Positions 1-7,671 are shown, numbered from the stretch's first letter. The stretch: DNA of 33,370 nt from Actinomycetota bacterium (GCA_041181165.1 JBEGQB010000001.1:1-33370), one strand, 5' to 3'. Made by a program: numbers and translations. Notes: generated from the sequence alone by a model not told the origin.

Positions 1-245
1 TCACCTTTGGCAGTCGCGTGCGGGATCAGATGGCGCGGATGCGAGCCCAATCGGGCGAAGAGCGGTAGTTCCTGACTCCTCACCAAAACGTTCACCGAAT
101 CGATCTGAATGACGCCCATCGCGCCGAGGGACTTCGCAAAGTGACGTCGGTCGACACGACCGATGGGGCGCGAAGTCGAGAACCCTTGGGCAGCGAGGGC
201 GATCCGACGGGCCGAACCGATCGAGACGAACTCGATCCGCTCCAT
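1..245 (-). CDS. Partial CDS (N-terminal 81 codons, runs off the window start): YcaQ/AlkZ-like winged-helix DNA glycosylase family (DUF1006) protein
   Basis: Not in the ORF track because there is no stop in the window. My translation from ATG 245..243 is MERIEFVSIGSARRIALAAQGFSTSRPIGRVDRRHFAKSLGAMGVIQIDSVNVLVRSQELPLFARLGSHPRHLIPHATAKG, open to base 1. The ARRxALxxQG ... IQIDSVNVL ... ELPLFxRLG pattern matches my memory of YcaQ-family N-termini. Confidence 0.5.
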   Translation of the reverse strand, partial: MERIEFVSIGSARRIALAAQGFSTSRPIGRVDRRHFAKSLGAMGVIQIDSVNVLVRSQELPLFARLGSHPRHLIPHATAKG

Positions 246-250
246 CGAAA

Positions 251-808
251 TCAGTCGGCGACGGCGATGGAGACCGACTCGATCACGACATCGGTGTGCG
301 GCCGGTCACCGGGTCCGCAGGAAACGCTCTGCATCGCTTCGACGACTTCGAGACCCTTCACCACCTTGCCGAAGAGTGAGTACTGCGGTGGCAGACGAAC
401 TCCATCTGCGCCACTGATGATGAAGAACTGAGAACCATTCGTGTTCGGACCCGCATTGGCCATGGCGAGTGAACCGATCTCGTACTGCCCGGCCTTGGGC
501 AACTCGTCCTCGAAGCGATAACCCGGGCCTCCGCGTCCCGTTCCGGTGGGATCGCCGCCTTGGCAGACGAATCCGCGGATGATGCGGTGGAAGATGACGC
601 CGTCGTAATAGTGATTCAACGCAAGGAACACGAAGTTGTTGACCGTCTTGGGGGCCTTGATCGGATCGAGAGCAATGACAAGGGTGCCCATCGAGGTCTG
701 CATCGTCGCCGTGTAGCGCTTCGACGAGTCGATTCCCATCTCGGGCGCCGCCGCGAACTGCTGCGACTTGGGAGCGGAACCGTCGAAGGGAGGGAAGGGT
801 GTGGCCAT
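251..808 (-). CDS. ppiA: Cyclophilin-type peptidyl-prolyl cis-trans isomerase
   Basis: ORF 251..937 contains FHRIIRGFVCQGGDPTGTGRGGPGYRFEDE and GSLAMANAGPNTNGSQFFI, which are classic cyclophilin motifs. The Arg/Ser-rich first 43 codons look spurious, so the start is placed at ATG 808 (MATPFPP...). Confidence 0.9.
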   Translation of the reverse strand: MATPFPPFDGSAPKSQQFAAAPEMGIDSSKRYTATMQTSMGTLVIALDPIKAPKTVNNFVFLALNHYYDGVIFHRIIRGFVCQGGDPTGTGRGGPGYRFEDELPKAGQYEIGSLAMANAGPNTNGSQFFIISGADGVRLPPQYSLFGKVVKGLEVVEAMQSVSCGPGDRPHTDVVIESVSIAVAD

Positions 809-846
809 GGGTCGCCACGCTACTGCCCGACCACTACTGTGGCTCC

Positions 847-1041
847 ATGTCGATGGCCGCATCTCCCGACGACAAGAACGAAGCCGCTCACTCGATCGAT
901 GCCATCGAGCGAGATCTCGCCGATGTCGAGACCGCACTGGCCCGACTCGAAGCCGGCACCTACTGGACCGACGAGATCACCGGTGATCCGATTCCCGACG
1001 AGGTTCTGGCGCGTCATCCGCTCACCCGACGAAAGGACTGA
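847..1041 (+). CDS. DksA/TraR-like small protein lacking the C4 zinc-finger cysteines
   Basis: The C-terminal LARLEAGTYWTDEITGDPIPDEVLARHP aligns with the DksA/TraR zinc-finger segment (GTYGxCExCGxxIPxxRL), but the Cys positions are replaced. Start chosen at ATG 847 (MSMAASPDD). The stop lies 2 nt before the GTG start of the next gene. Confidence 0.5.
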   Translation: MSMAASPDDKNEAAHSIDAIERDLADVETALARLEAGTYWTDEITGDPIPDEVLARHPLTRRKD

Positions 1042-1043
1042 AG

Positions 1044-2018
1044 GTGGCCGACGTCCGCCAGCGCACGATCCACGTGAACGGCGTCGATCTGAAGGTGATG
1101 GAGGCCGGCGACCCTGATTCGCCGTGTGTCGTTTTGAGTCACGGCTTTCCCGAATCCGCGCACTCCTGGCGTCACCAGATACCAGTTCTGGCCGACGCCG
1201 GTTACCACGTCCTCGCACCCGATCAGCGCGGTTACGGCTTTTCCAGTGCACCCAAGGCGGTCGACGCCTACGGGATTCGAAACCTCACTGGTGATCTGAT
1301 CGGGCTACTCGATGCCACCGGACACGAGACGGCATCATTCGTCGGCCACGACTGGGGAGCCTTCGTCGTCTGGGAGACGGGTCGTTTGTTCCCTCAGCGA
1401 TGCGACTCCGTGGTGGGGGTCAGCGTTCCGTTCACTCCGTGGCCGATGAAACCGACCGAGCTCTTCAAGATGACCTTCGGTGACCGCTTCTTCTACATCC
1501 TGTATTTCCAAGAAGTCGGTCCGGCTGAACGCGAATTCGAAGCTGACGTCCGTCGCACGATGCACAACATCATGTGGGGCGCATCCGGTGCCAAATACCG
1601 ACCCGGACCGACCGACATCTCGGAACTACCTCCGATGGAGGGAACCGGATTCCTCGACATGTTCACCGACATACCTTCCGAACTGCCGTCATGGCTTCCA
1701 CAAGCCGACCTCGACTACTACGTCGAACAATTCAGTCACAGCGGCTTTTTCGGTCCGGTCTCGTGGTATCGAAATTTCGACGCCAACTACGAAGTCACCA
1801 AGGAAATCAGTCCGACCGTGATGACGATGCCGACGTTCTTCATCGGTGGTGACAAGGACGGCGTGATCGCCCCTCGCCTCGACACACTCGACGCCATCAA
1901 CTCGATGATGCCGAACTACAAGGGCAAAGTGATCATCCCCGGTGCTGGCCACTGGACCCAGCAGGAGGCCCCCGCCGAATTCAACGCTGCGCTTCTTGGT
2001 TTCTTGAAGTCGATCTGA
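1044..2018 (+). CDS. Alpha/beta-fold epoxide hydrolase (EphA-like)
   Basis: Contains HGFPESAHSWRHQIPVLADAGYHVLAPDQRGYGFS (HGxP oxyanion motif), the GHDWGA nucleophile elbow and a C-terminal GHWTQQEAP. GTG start at 1044. Confidence 0.85.
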   Translation: MADVRQRTIHVNGVDLKVMEAGDPDSPCVVLSHGFPESAHSWRHQIPVLADAGYHVLAPDQRGYGFSSAPKAVDAYGIRNLTGDLIGLLDATGHETASFVGHDWGAFVVWETGRLFPQRCDSVVGVSVPFTPWPMKPTELFKMTFGDRFFYILYFQEVGPAEREFEADVRRTMHNIMWGASGAKYRPGPTDISELPPMEGTGFLDMFTDIPSELPSWLPQADLDYYVEQFSHSGFFGPVSWYRNFDANYEVTKEISPTVMTMPTFFIGGDKDGVIAPRLDTLDAINSMMPNYKGKVIIPGAGHWTQQEAPAEFNAALLGFLKSI

Positions 2019-2694
2019 ACGGGCGTCGCCACACACGGTCGGCGTCGATCCACGAAGGTGGCCACTCGCCTCCACGTGAATACGCGTGCCATTCGAAAGG
2101 ATTGCGATAGTACGCTAGGTAATCGATCTCGTCGCCAAGCGATACGGAATCATTGCGCGACCGTCGGAACAGGGCGACTGCAGCTCCGACGATGAACCAT
2201 CCGAGATACAACACCGGATACAGAGGGCCCCATGCCCGCTCCTGCCAAACATGCACCTCTTCGTGTTCGTCGACGAGTCGACGACGACTCTCGGTGAGTT
2301 CTCCCTGACGGTTGGCGGCACCGTTGATGACATTGCCGATGGTGACGGCAAAACCACGCCTCAGGACAACGCCACCACGGTGAACCATTCGGTTCCGACG
2401 GAAAGAAAGGGAGTGGTCGTATCCGGACGAGCGACCGGTGATCTGCTCTTTGACCTTCGAACTACCCAGGAGGATCAGTCCGGCTCCGGTGCTCGCCAAG
2501 GACCAGGTGGAGTCGAGGACGAACGCTCCACGGCCACGCAACGTGGTCCAGTCGTAGATCCGACGGTGACCAGCGATGATGCCGTTGGCGGCACCGATCG
2601 ACGCACCCAAAGCCGTCGATCCGGCCATCCGGCCGGCGAGCCCACCAAGAACAGCCCCGCCGAGTCCGACCGCCATCGTCTCACCACGCAACAT
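1981..2694 (-). CDS. Membrane protein with a glycine-zipper N-terminus and an HExxHxxQ zincin-like motif (DUF4157-like?)
   Basis: Contains GLGGAVLGGLAGRMAGSTALGASIGAANGIIAG, then FAVTIGNVINGAA...LVDEHEEVHVWQE (HExxH), then a hydrophobic segment YPVLYLGWFIVGAAVALF. ATG 2694 overlaps the upstream TGA (TGATG). An alternative ATG is at 2676. The 3' end overlaps the epoxide hydrolase gene convergently by 38 nt. Confidence 0.55.
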   Translation of the reverse strand: MLRGETMAVGLGGAVLGGLAGRMAGSTALGASIGAANGIIAGHRRIYDWTTLRGRGAFVLDSTWSLASTGAGLILLGSSKVKEQITGRSSGYDHSLSFRRNRMVHRGGVVLRRGFAVTIGNVINGAANRQGELTESRRRLVDEHEEVHVWQERAWGPLYPVLYLGWFIVGAAVALFRRSRNDSVSLGDEIDYLAYYRNPFEWHAYSRGGEWPPSWIDADRVWRRPFRSTSRNQEAQR

Positions 2695-3380
2695 CACCAG
2701 ATGAAGCCCTTGTGACCGAGTGAGAGAACATCCATCAGGGCCGCAACCGAAACATGCAGTCCGACACCCCACCACACGCTGCGCGTCCTCAACGCCAGCG
2801 TTCCCATGACGATCCCACCCACGATCGACGCCGCCGCCTCAGCCGGTGGTTTCACGAAATGGATCATCAGATAGGGCACGGTGGCGAGGAACACCGATGC
2901 CCCACCGAAGCGGCGAGCAAGCCCGAGAACGAGAAACCCGCGAAAGAACGTCTCCACGGCGATGAACTGAGCGAAGTAGAACGGCCACCAGACGGCCAGG
3001 TCTCCCCAAACACCACTTTGTCCCTGGACGATGTCGTACAGCGGATATCGGAGTTGGAATTCGTGCGAGAAGCTCGCCGCAACGACGAAGGGAACAGCCA
3101 ACAGCAAGAGGCCGGCGTAGATCTTCCAGTGCGACGACGTACCTCGCGCCTTCCAACCGATGTCGGCAAGTGACCCGCGCGTCAGTGCGACGAATGCCAG
3201 TGGTACGAACAGGTAGAAGAAGATCTGCGTGCCCGACCACCAGCACATGTAGGCCAGAGTCGGAGATGCGGCGGGAGCGACCTCGACTCCGAAGCGCGCC
3301 CCCCAAAGACAGACGAGCGCCGTGACGAGAACCGCGGTGGTCCGCCGGTCGATGCCGGTGACGGTGTCGTCGAGTGTCAC
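2694..3380 (-). CDS. CPBP family (CAAX/Abi) intramembrane glutamic endopeptidase
   Basis: Multi-pass hydrophobic protein with FIAVETFFRGFL (EExxxR-type motif) and later PYLMIHF ... GLHVSVA histidine motifs. GTG 3380 overlaps the upstream stop (GTGA). The ORF-track start at 3464 would overlap the upstream gene by 88 nt. Confidence 0.8.
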   Translation of the reverse strand: MTLDDTVTGIDRRTTAVLVTALVCLWGARFGVEVAPAASPTLAYMCWWSGTQIFFYLFVPLAFVALTRGSLADIGWKARGTSSHWKIYAGLLLLAVPFVVAASFSHEFQLRYPLYDIVQGQSGVWGDLAVWWPFYFAQFIAVETFFRGFLVLGLARRFGGASVFLATVPYLMIHFVKPPAEAAASIVGGIVMGTLALRTRSVWWGVGLHVSVAALMDVLSLGHKGFIW

Positions 3381-4186
3381 CGGTCGCGGAGCTTGGCGAG
3401 CAACCGCAGGATCTCGAGGTACAACCAGACGACGGTCACGAGAACGCCGAAAGCGGCGAACCACTCGACCGAGCGAGGTAGACGCTGTTCGACTCCGCGT
3501 TCGATGAAGTCGAAGTCGAGGGACAAGTTGAACGCCGCCAGGCCCGCCACGAGGAACGAAAAGAGGATGCCGAGGGGCGACGACGAGGAGATGAACGACG
3601 GCGAGGCACCAAAGAGCGACATCAGCAACGAGATTCCATAGAAGACGGCAATTCCGAGCGTGGCGCCCACGAGGATTCGGCGCATGCGATCGGTGACCTT
3701 CAGGATGCGGAAGGTGTGCAGGGCGAGCATCACTGCAAAGACGGCAATGGTGGCACCAGCCGCCTGGACGACGATGCCGTCGTAGTACGTCTCATAGGCA
3801 CGGCTCACCGCGCCGATGAAGAGCCCTTCGGCGATCGCGTAGACCGGACCCAATACCCGTGCCCACTGCGGACGGAACGCCAACGCCAACGCGCAGACGA
3901 GACCGACGAGGACGCCGGCGATCGCAAACCCGGGGAACGAGTAGACCTCACCTTCCGGAGCCTTCACACCGAACCATCCGACGACGGCTGCCGCGAGGAG
4001 CAGCACGAACAGCACCGCCGTTGCTGACACGGTTCCGCCAATGGTCATGGATCCCGTTGTCGGCGTCCAGGGACTGACCGGACCGTCGTCGATCGGACGA
4101 CGTGATTCCGGTGCTGGTGCGGCCCATCCAGCATCGGATTCGGCGGCCTTACGAAGGCTCTTTTCATTGAGAACTGGATTCGCCAC
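3377..4186 (-). CDS. Bax inhibitor-1/YccA family membrane protein
   Basis: Starts VANPVLNEKSLRK (typical actinobacterial BI-1 N-terminus) and continues with about 7 hydrophobic helices. GTG at 4186 is preceded by AAGGAG 5 nt upstream. The 53 codons upstream in ORF 3377..4345 are not protein-like. Confidence 0.8.
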   Translation of the reverse strand: MANPVLNEKSLRKAAESDAGWAAPAPESRRPIDDGPVSPWTPTTGSMTIGGTVSATAVLFVLLLAAAVVGWFGVKAPEGEVYSFPGFAIAGVLVGLVCALALAFRPQWARVLGPVYAIAEGLFIGAVSRAYETYYDGIVVQAAGATIAVFAVMLALHTFRILKVTDRMRRILVGATLGIAVFYGISLLMSLFGASPSFISSSSPLGILFSFLVAGLAAFNLSLDFDFIERGVEQRLPRSVEWFAAFGVLVTVVWLYLEILRLLAKLRDR

Positions 4187-4380
4187 AGGAACTCCTTTGT
4201 TCGCTTGTGCGCACCTTAGCGACCCATTTTCGTCCGATGGTTGCGGCCAGCGAAGTCGTCGGTATCGTTCCGCCCAATTACTTGCGGAGGGATTGGCAAA
4301 CCATTCAGCAGTAAGTGTCCGTTTCTCCGAATCGGGCGATAGCAAGTGAGCAAATGCCTGTGATGAAGTGAGGGTGACAG

Positions 4381-5322
4381 GTGGCCAAAGACCGAGTCGA
4401 TCGTGACGAAGAAGATCTCGTCCGCCTGTATCTGTCCGATATCGGTCAGTACACGTTGCTGACGAAGGACGACGAAGTTCGTCTCGCCAAGCAGATCGAA
4501 GCCGGTAAGGCAGCGCAGGCCGAAATGGCCGCCAATGATGGCAAGGGGCTCACTCCCGCCAAGAAGCGCGAGTTGCGAAACCTCGCTCGCGACGGCGAAA
4601 CCGCCGAGCGTCAATTCGTTCAATCGAACCTGCGACTCGTGGTGTCGATCGCCAAGAAGTACCAAGCTTCCGGTCTGCCGCTTCTGGATCTGATCCAAGA
4701 AGGCAACCTCGGTCTGATGCATGCCGTCGAGAAGTTCGACTGGCGCAAAGGCTTCAAGTTCTCGACCTACGCAACATGGTGGATCCGTCAGGCGATCACC
4801 CGTGGTATTGCCAACACCGGTCGAACGATTCGTCTGCCAGTCCATGCCGGCGACACCTTGGCTCGCCTGCAGAAAGCACGTTCGCGCCTCGAGCTCAAGT
4901 TCGGTCGTCAGCCAACGCTTCGAGAACTCGCCGAAGAAGTCGAGATGCCCGAAGACAAGGTCACCGAAGCCCTTCGCTTCGCGGCTGAACCGTTGTCGCT
5001 GAGCGAGCCGCTCCGCGAGGACGGCGACGCCGAACTCGGTGACGTCGTCGAGGATCGCTCGGCCGAAAGTCCCTTCGAAATGGCGGCGACTGCACTTCTT
5101 CCCGAAGAGATTCAGCGACTCCTTGCTCCGCTCGATGAGCGCGAGCGAGAGATCCTGAAGTTGCGCTTCGGGCTCGATCGTGGCGAGCCCCGCACACTCG
5201 AAGAGGTCGGTGAGCATTTCAACCTCACGCGCGAGCGCATCCGTCAGATCGAGGCTCGGGCCATGAGCAAGTTGCGGCACCCGAGTTCCGACACCGGCGC
5301 TCGCGACCTGCTCGCCGTCTAA
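4381..5322 (+). CDS. RNA polymerase sigma-70 factor, group 1/2 (RpoD/SigB-like, lacking a long region 1.1)
   Basis: Contains LVRLYLSDIGQYTLLTKDDEVRLAKQIE (region 1.2), DLIQEGNLGLMHAVEKFDWRKGFKFSTYATWWIRQAITR (region 2) and LEEVGEHFNLTRERIRQIEARAMSKLRH (region 4.2). GTG start. Confidence 0.92.
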   Translation: MAKDRVDRDEEDLVRLYLSDIGQYTLLTKDDEVRLAKQIEAGKAAQAEMAANDGKGLTPAKKRELRNLARDGETAERQFVQSNLRLVVSIAKKYQASGLPLLDLIQEGNLGLMHAVEKFDWRKGFKFSTYATWWIRQAITRGIANTGRTIRLPVHAGDTLARLQKARSRLELKFGRQPTLRELAEEVEMPEDKVTEALRFAAEPLSLSEPLREDGDAELGDVVEDRSAESPFEMAATALLPEEIQRLLAPLDEREREILKLRFGLDRGEPRTLEEVGEHFNLTRERIRQIEARAMSKLRHPSSDTGARDLLAV

Positions 5323-5324
5323 GT

Positions 5325-5478
5325 CGATTCCGCGCGACCTCCGCGTGGCGGAGGTGGACAGGATCCGTCGCAAGCTCCTCCCGATTCCGCGCGACCTCCG
5401 CGTGGCGGAGGTGGACGGGACCCGTCGCAAGCTCCTCCCGATTCCGCGCGACCTCCGCATGGCGGAGGTGGACGGGAA
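5325..5478. repeat. 57-bp tandem repeat of 2 full units plus 1 partial unit. The third unit runs into the 3' end of tRNA-Sec.
   Basis: Units lie at 5325..5381, 5382..5438 and 5439..~5478. The unit is cgattccgcgcgacctccgcRtggcggaggtggacRggaYccgtcgcaagctcctcc, with 2 substitutions between units 1 and 2. Each unit carries the inverted repeat acctccgc-N3-gcggaggt (5337..5355, 5394..5412, 5451..5469). Confidence 0.95.
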
Positions 5479-5554
5479 TCGAACCCGCCGAACGAGTGAA
5501 CTCGTTCCAACCGCTTTGAAGGCGGCGGCACCCACCAGGCGTGCGGACACCTCC
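5460..5554 (-). tRNA. selC: tRNA-Sec (anticodon UCA), 95 nt, CCA encoded
   Basis: Reverse complement: GGAGGTGTCCGCACGCCTGGTGGGTGCCGCCGCCTTCAAAGCGGTTGGAACGAGTTCACTCGTTCGGCGGGTTCGATTCCCGTCCACCTCCGCCA. The anticodon loop is CTTCAAA (UCA). The variable arm is long, with a 7-bp stem GAACGAG/CTCGTTC. The T-loop is TTCGATT. The acceptor plus T helix totals 13 bp (7+6 or 8+5), the tRNA-Sec hallmark. Discriminator is G, followed by CCA. Confidence 0.85.
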
Positions 5555-5601
5555 GCCGCCGAGGGTATCGGCATCGGTGCCGCACCGTTATCCTCAGCGC
5601 A

Positions 5602-5676
5602 ATGAAGCGACTCTTCGTGTTCGCCGCCCTCATCGGGCTGGTGGCCTTCGCCGCCAAGAAACTCCAGAACTCCTAA
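5602..5676 (+). CDS. Possible 24-aa single-TM hydrophobic peptide
   Basis: My translation: ATG 5602, MKRLFVFAALIGLVAFAAKKLQNS, stop TAA 5674..5676. Too short for the ORF track. There is no clear SD sequence. It lies just upstream of tadA. Confidence 0.3.
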   Translation: MKRLFVFAALIGLVAFAAKKLQNS

Positions 5677-5715
5677 AGCCTCCTCGAGTTCTTGGTTCGC
5701 GCCCACACCGTGGGC

Positions 5716-6591
5716 ATGCCGTCGACGCTCCCCGCATTGGTCGAGCACCTCATGCTCCGTCCCGACGTCACCGACGTCCTCGTCAATAACGGCACCGATG
5801 TGTGGGTCGAGGCGAATGGCCAACTCATACCCGCAGGATCGCTCGAGCCCGGTGCTCTCGACGCGTCGTTGGAACGGATCTTGGCTCCACTCGGACGACG
5901 ACTCGATCGGTTGTCGCCGAGCGTCGACGCACGGCTGGCCGACGGCACACGTTTGTGTGCGGTCATCCCTCCGATTTCGCCGGATGGGACGACAGCATCG
6001 TTTCGCGTTCTGCGCCACCGACGGTGTTCCATCGACGACTTCACCGACGATGCTGACCACCAAGACACCCTGCGTGGCCTCGTCTCGTCACGTTCGAATC
6101 TCCTCGTTTCCGGCGCAACCGGCTCCGGCAAGACAACTTTGCTGAGTGCGATCGTCGATTCGATTCGTCATTCCGAACGGATCGTGGTGCTCGAGGACAC
6201 CAAGGAACTCGTGGTGTCGCACCCTCATTGCGTCCGACTCGAAGCCCGGCCGCCCACACCCGATGGTCGTGGAGAGGTCACACTCGACGATCTCCTGCGC
6301 ACGGCCTTACGTCTCCGCCCCGACCGGATCGTGATCGGCGAGATCCGAGATCGCGAAGCGGTCACATTGGTGAACGCACTGAACACCGGACACTCCGGAT
6401 CATTGGCGTCCATCCACGCGAATTCGGCGGCCGATGCCATCCACCGACTCCGACTCCTGGTTTCTCGACTCATGCCAGGTGTTGCGTCGTCCACCGTCTC
6501 TCTTCTCGTTCGCAACGCCATCCACGCGGTGGTTCACCTCGAACGTAAGCCGTCCGGTTCGCGTCGAATCGCCGAGATCGAGATCCTCTGA
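5716..6591 (+). CDS. tadA: Tad/Flp pilus assembly ATPase (CpaF/TadA family, short actinobacterial form)
   Basis: Contains Walker A VSGATGSGKTTLL, then RIVVLEDTKEL, RLRPDRIVIGEIRDREA and NTGHSGSLASIHANSA (His box). ATG 5716 is preferred over TTG 5692. Confidence 0.85.
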   Translation: MPSTLPALVEHLMLRPDVTDVLVNNGTDVWVEANGQLIPAGSLEPGALDASLERILAPLGRRLDRLSPSVDARLADGTRLCAVIPPISPDGTTASFRVLRHRRCSIDDFTDDADHQDTLRGLVSSRSNLLVSGATGSGKTTLLSAIVDSIRHSERIVVLEDTKELVVSHPHCVRLEARPPTPDGRGEVTLDDLLRTALRLRPDRIVIGEIRDREAVTLVNALNTGHSGSLASIHANSAADAIHRLRLLVSRLMPGVASSTVSLLVRNAIHAVVHLERKPSGSRRIAEIEIL

Positions 6592-7130
6592 TGAGACGCC
6601 GGGTTCGCGACGACCATCGACTCGAGCCACTCGCGAGTGCCGTGGCTCAGGCTTGTCGGGCGGGCGAAACTCTCACCGCCGCTCTCCGTTCGGCCAACGA
6701 GAGGCATCCCACCAGGGCCGTCACCCATGTGCTCCAGCGACACGACGAGGGTCTCACCTTGCGCGCCTCGTGCCTCGAGTTCGTCGACTCGAAGCCAGCT
6801 TCCTTCGATGAGCTCCTCGTCGCGCATGTGATCGCGCTGGCGGCCGATGTCGGCGGCCCGGCTGAACGCCATTTCGACGCGCTTGCCCAAACACTTGCCG
6901 AACGCCGCAACGCCGTAGCCGAGCGCGCCGTTCAAGCGAGCACCGCACGCGCGTCGATTCGGGTGATGACCTGGGTGCCCCTCGTCGTCGGAGTCTGGCT
7001 CGCCGTCGACAACGACCAGATGCGCACGACGATGCTGCGCACGGCACCCGGGGTCGGCTGTCTGGTGGCTGGGCTGGCCCTCAATCTCACCGGACGACTC
7101 TGGGCCACTTCACTCGTCCGTCGCACATGA
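6591..7130 (+). CDS. tadB: Type II secretion system F-family protein (TadB-like)
   Basis: The T2SSF-like soluble helical region is followed by two C-terminal TM helices (VMTWVPLVVGVWLAV, GVGCLVAGLALNL). ATG overlaps the tadA stop (TGATG). Position in a tad operon. Confidence 0.7.
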   Translation: MRRRVRDDHRLEPLASAVAQACRAGETLTAALRSANERHPTRAVTHVLQRHDEGLTLRASCLEFVDSKPASFDELLVAHVIALAADVGGPAERHFDALAQTLAERRNAVAERAVQASTARASIRVMTWVPLVVGVWLAVDNDQMRTTMLRTAPGVGCLVAGLALNLTGRLWATSLVRRT

Positions 7131-7654
7131 TCGTTCTGGCACTGCTCGGAGTCGGGGCACTGACAGTGCGTCAATTCCGCCGCCGACGCGCTCGGCGATC
7201 CCGATCCGTGACTTTGCGCGCGCTCCCCGATGCCATCGACATCATCGTCGCCGCACTACGTGCCGGGGTTGCCCCCATCGAATCTCTCCACTTTGCGGCC
7301 CGGCACGCACCGGTCGAGGTTCGCAACGGATTCGTGGCGTGCGTGCGAGCTCACCAAGACGGCGCACTTTTCCACGAATCACTCGAAGAGCTGCCCCGGC
7401 TTCTTGGATCGGGTGTCTGGCCGGTCGTCGATCTGCTGCGAGATCAGGTTCGCCTCGGAGTTCCCGTCGTCGACACCGCCGAGCAACTCGCCATCGAGGC
7501 CCGCTCCACTCGGCGTCGTTGGGCCGAGGAAAGCGCTCGTGAACTTCCGGTTCGACTCTCACTTCCTTTGGTGCTCTGCACCCTTCCTTCATTCATCGCC
7601 CTCGTGATCGCGCCCGTGATCATCAGCGCCTTCACGAGCGTCAGCATCGGCTGA
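7127..7654 (+). CDS. tadC: Type II secretion system F-family protein (TadC-like)
   Basis: N-terminal TM helix MIVLALLGVGALTV, then LPDAIDIIVAALRAGVAP (T2SSF motif) and C-terminal TM helices. ATGA overlap with tadB. Confidence 0.7.
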   Translation: MIVLALLGVGALTVRQFRRRRARRSRSVTLRALPDAIDIIVAALRAGVAPIESLHFAARHAPVEVRNGFVACVRAHQDGALFHESLEELPRLLGSGVWPVVDLLRDQVRLGVPVVDTAEQLAIEARSTRRRWAEESARELPVRLSLPLVLCTLPSFIALVIAPVIISAFTSVSIG

Positions 7655-7671
7655 CACCGAAAGGAACGAAA

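Noticed and set aside
4187-4345. N-terminal 53-codon extension of the BI-1/YccA ORF
   Set aside because: A GTG at 4186 with a strong AAGGAG SD gives the canonical VANPVLN start. The upstream codons are not protein-like and would consume the divergent promoter region.
5325-5478. Possibility that the 57-bp repeat array is a small CRISPR array
   Set aside because: The whole 57-bp unit is repeated head to tail with no unique spacers. The repeated sequence is derived from the adjacent tRNA 3' end, and there are no cas genes.
5319-5657. ORFs 5319..5657 (-) and 5345..5605 (+), which encode internally repeated peptides
   Set aside because: Their repeats are simply translations of the 57-bp DNA array, and both read through the tRNA-Sec gene. 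They are not credible proteins.
4216-6063. 615-aa minus-strand ORF spanning the sigma gene (antisense), the 57-bp repeats, selC and the start of tadA
   Set aside because: It is antisense to a very well-supported sigma-70 gene and runs through a tRNA. The product is low-complexity and Arg/Gly/Ser-rich with no motifs. It is a typical high-GC shadow ORF.
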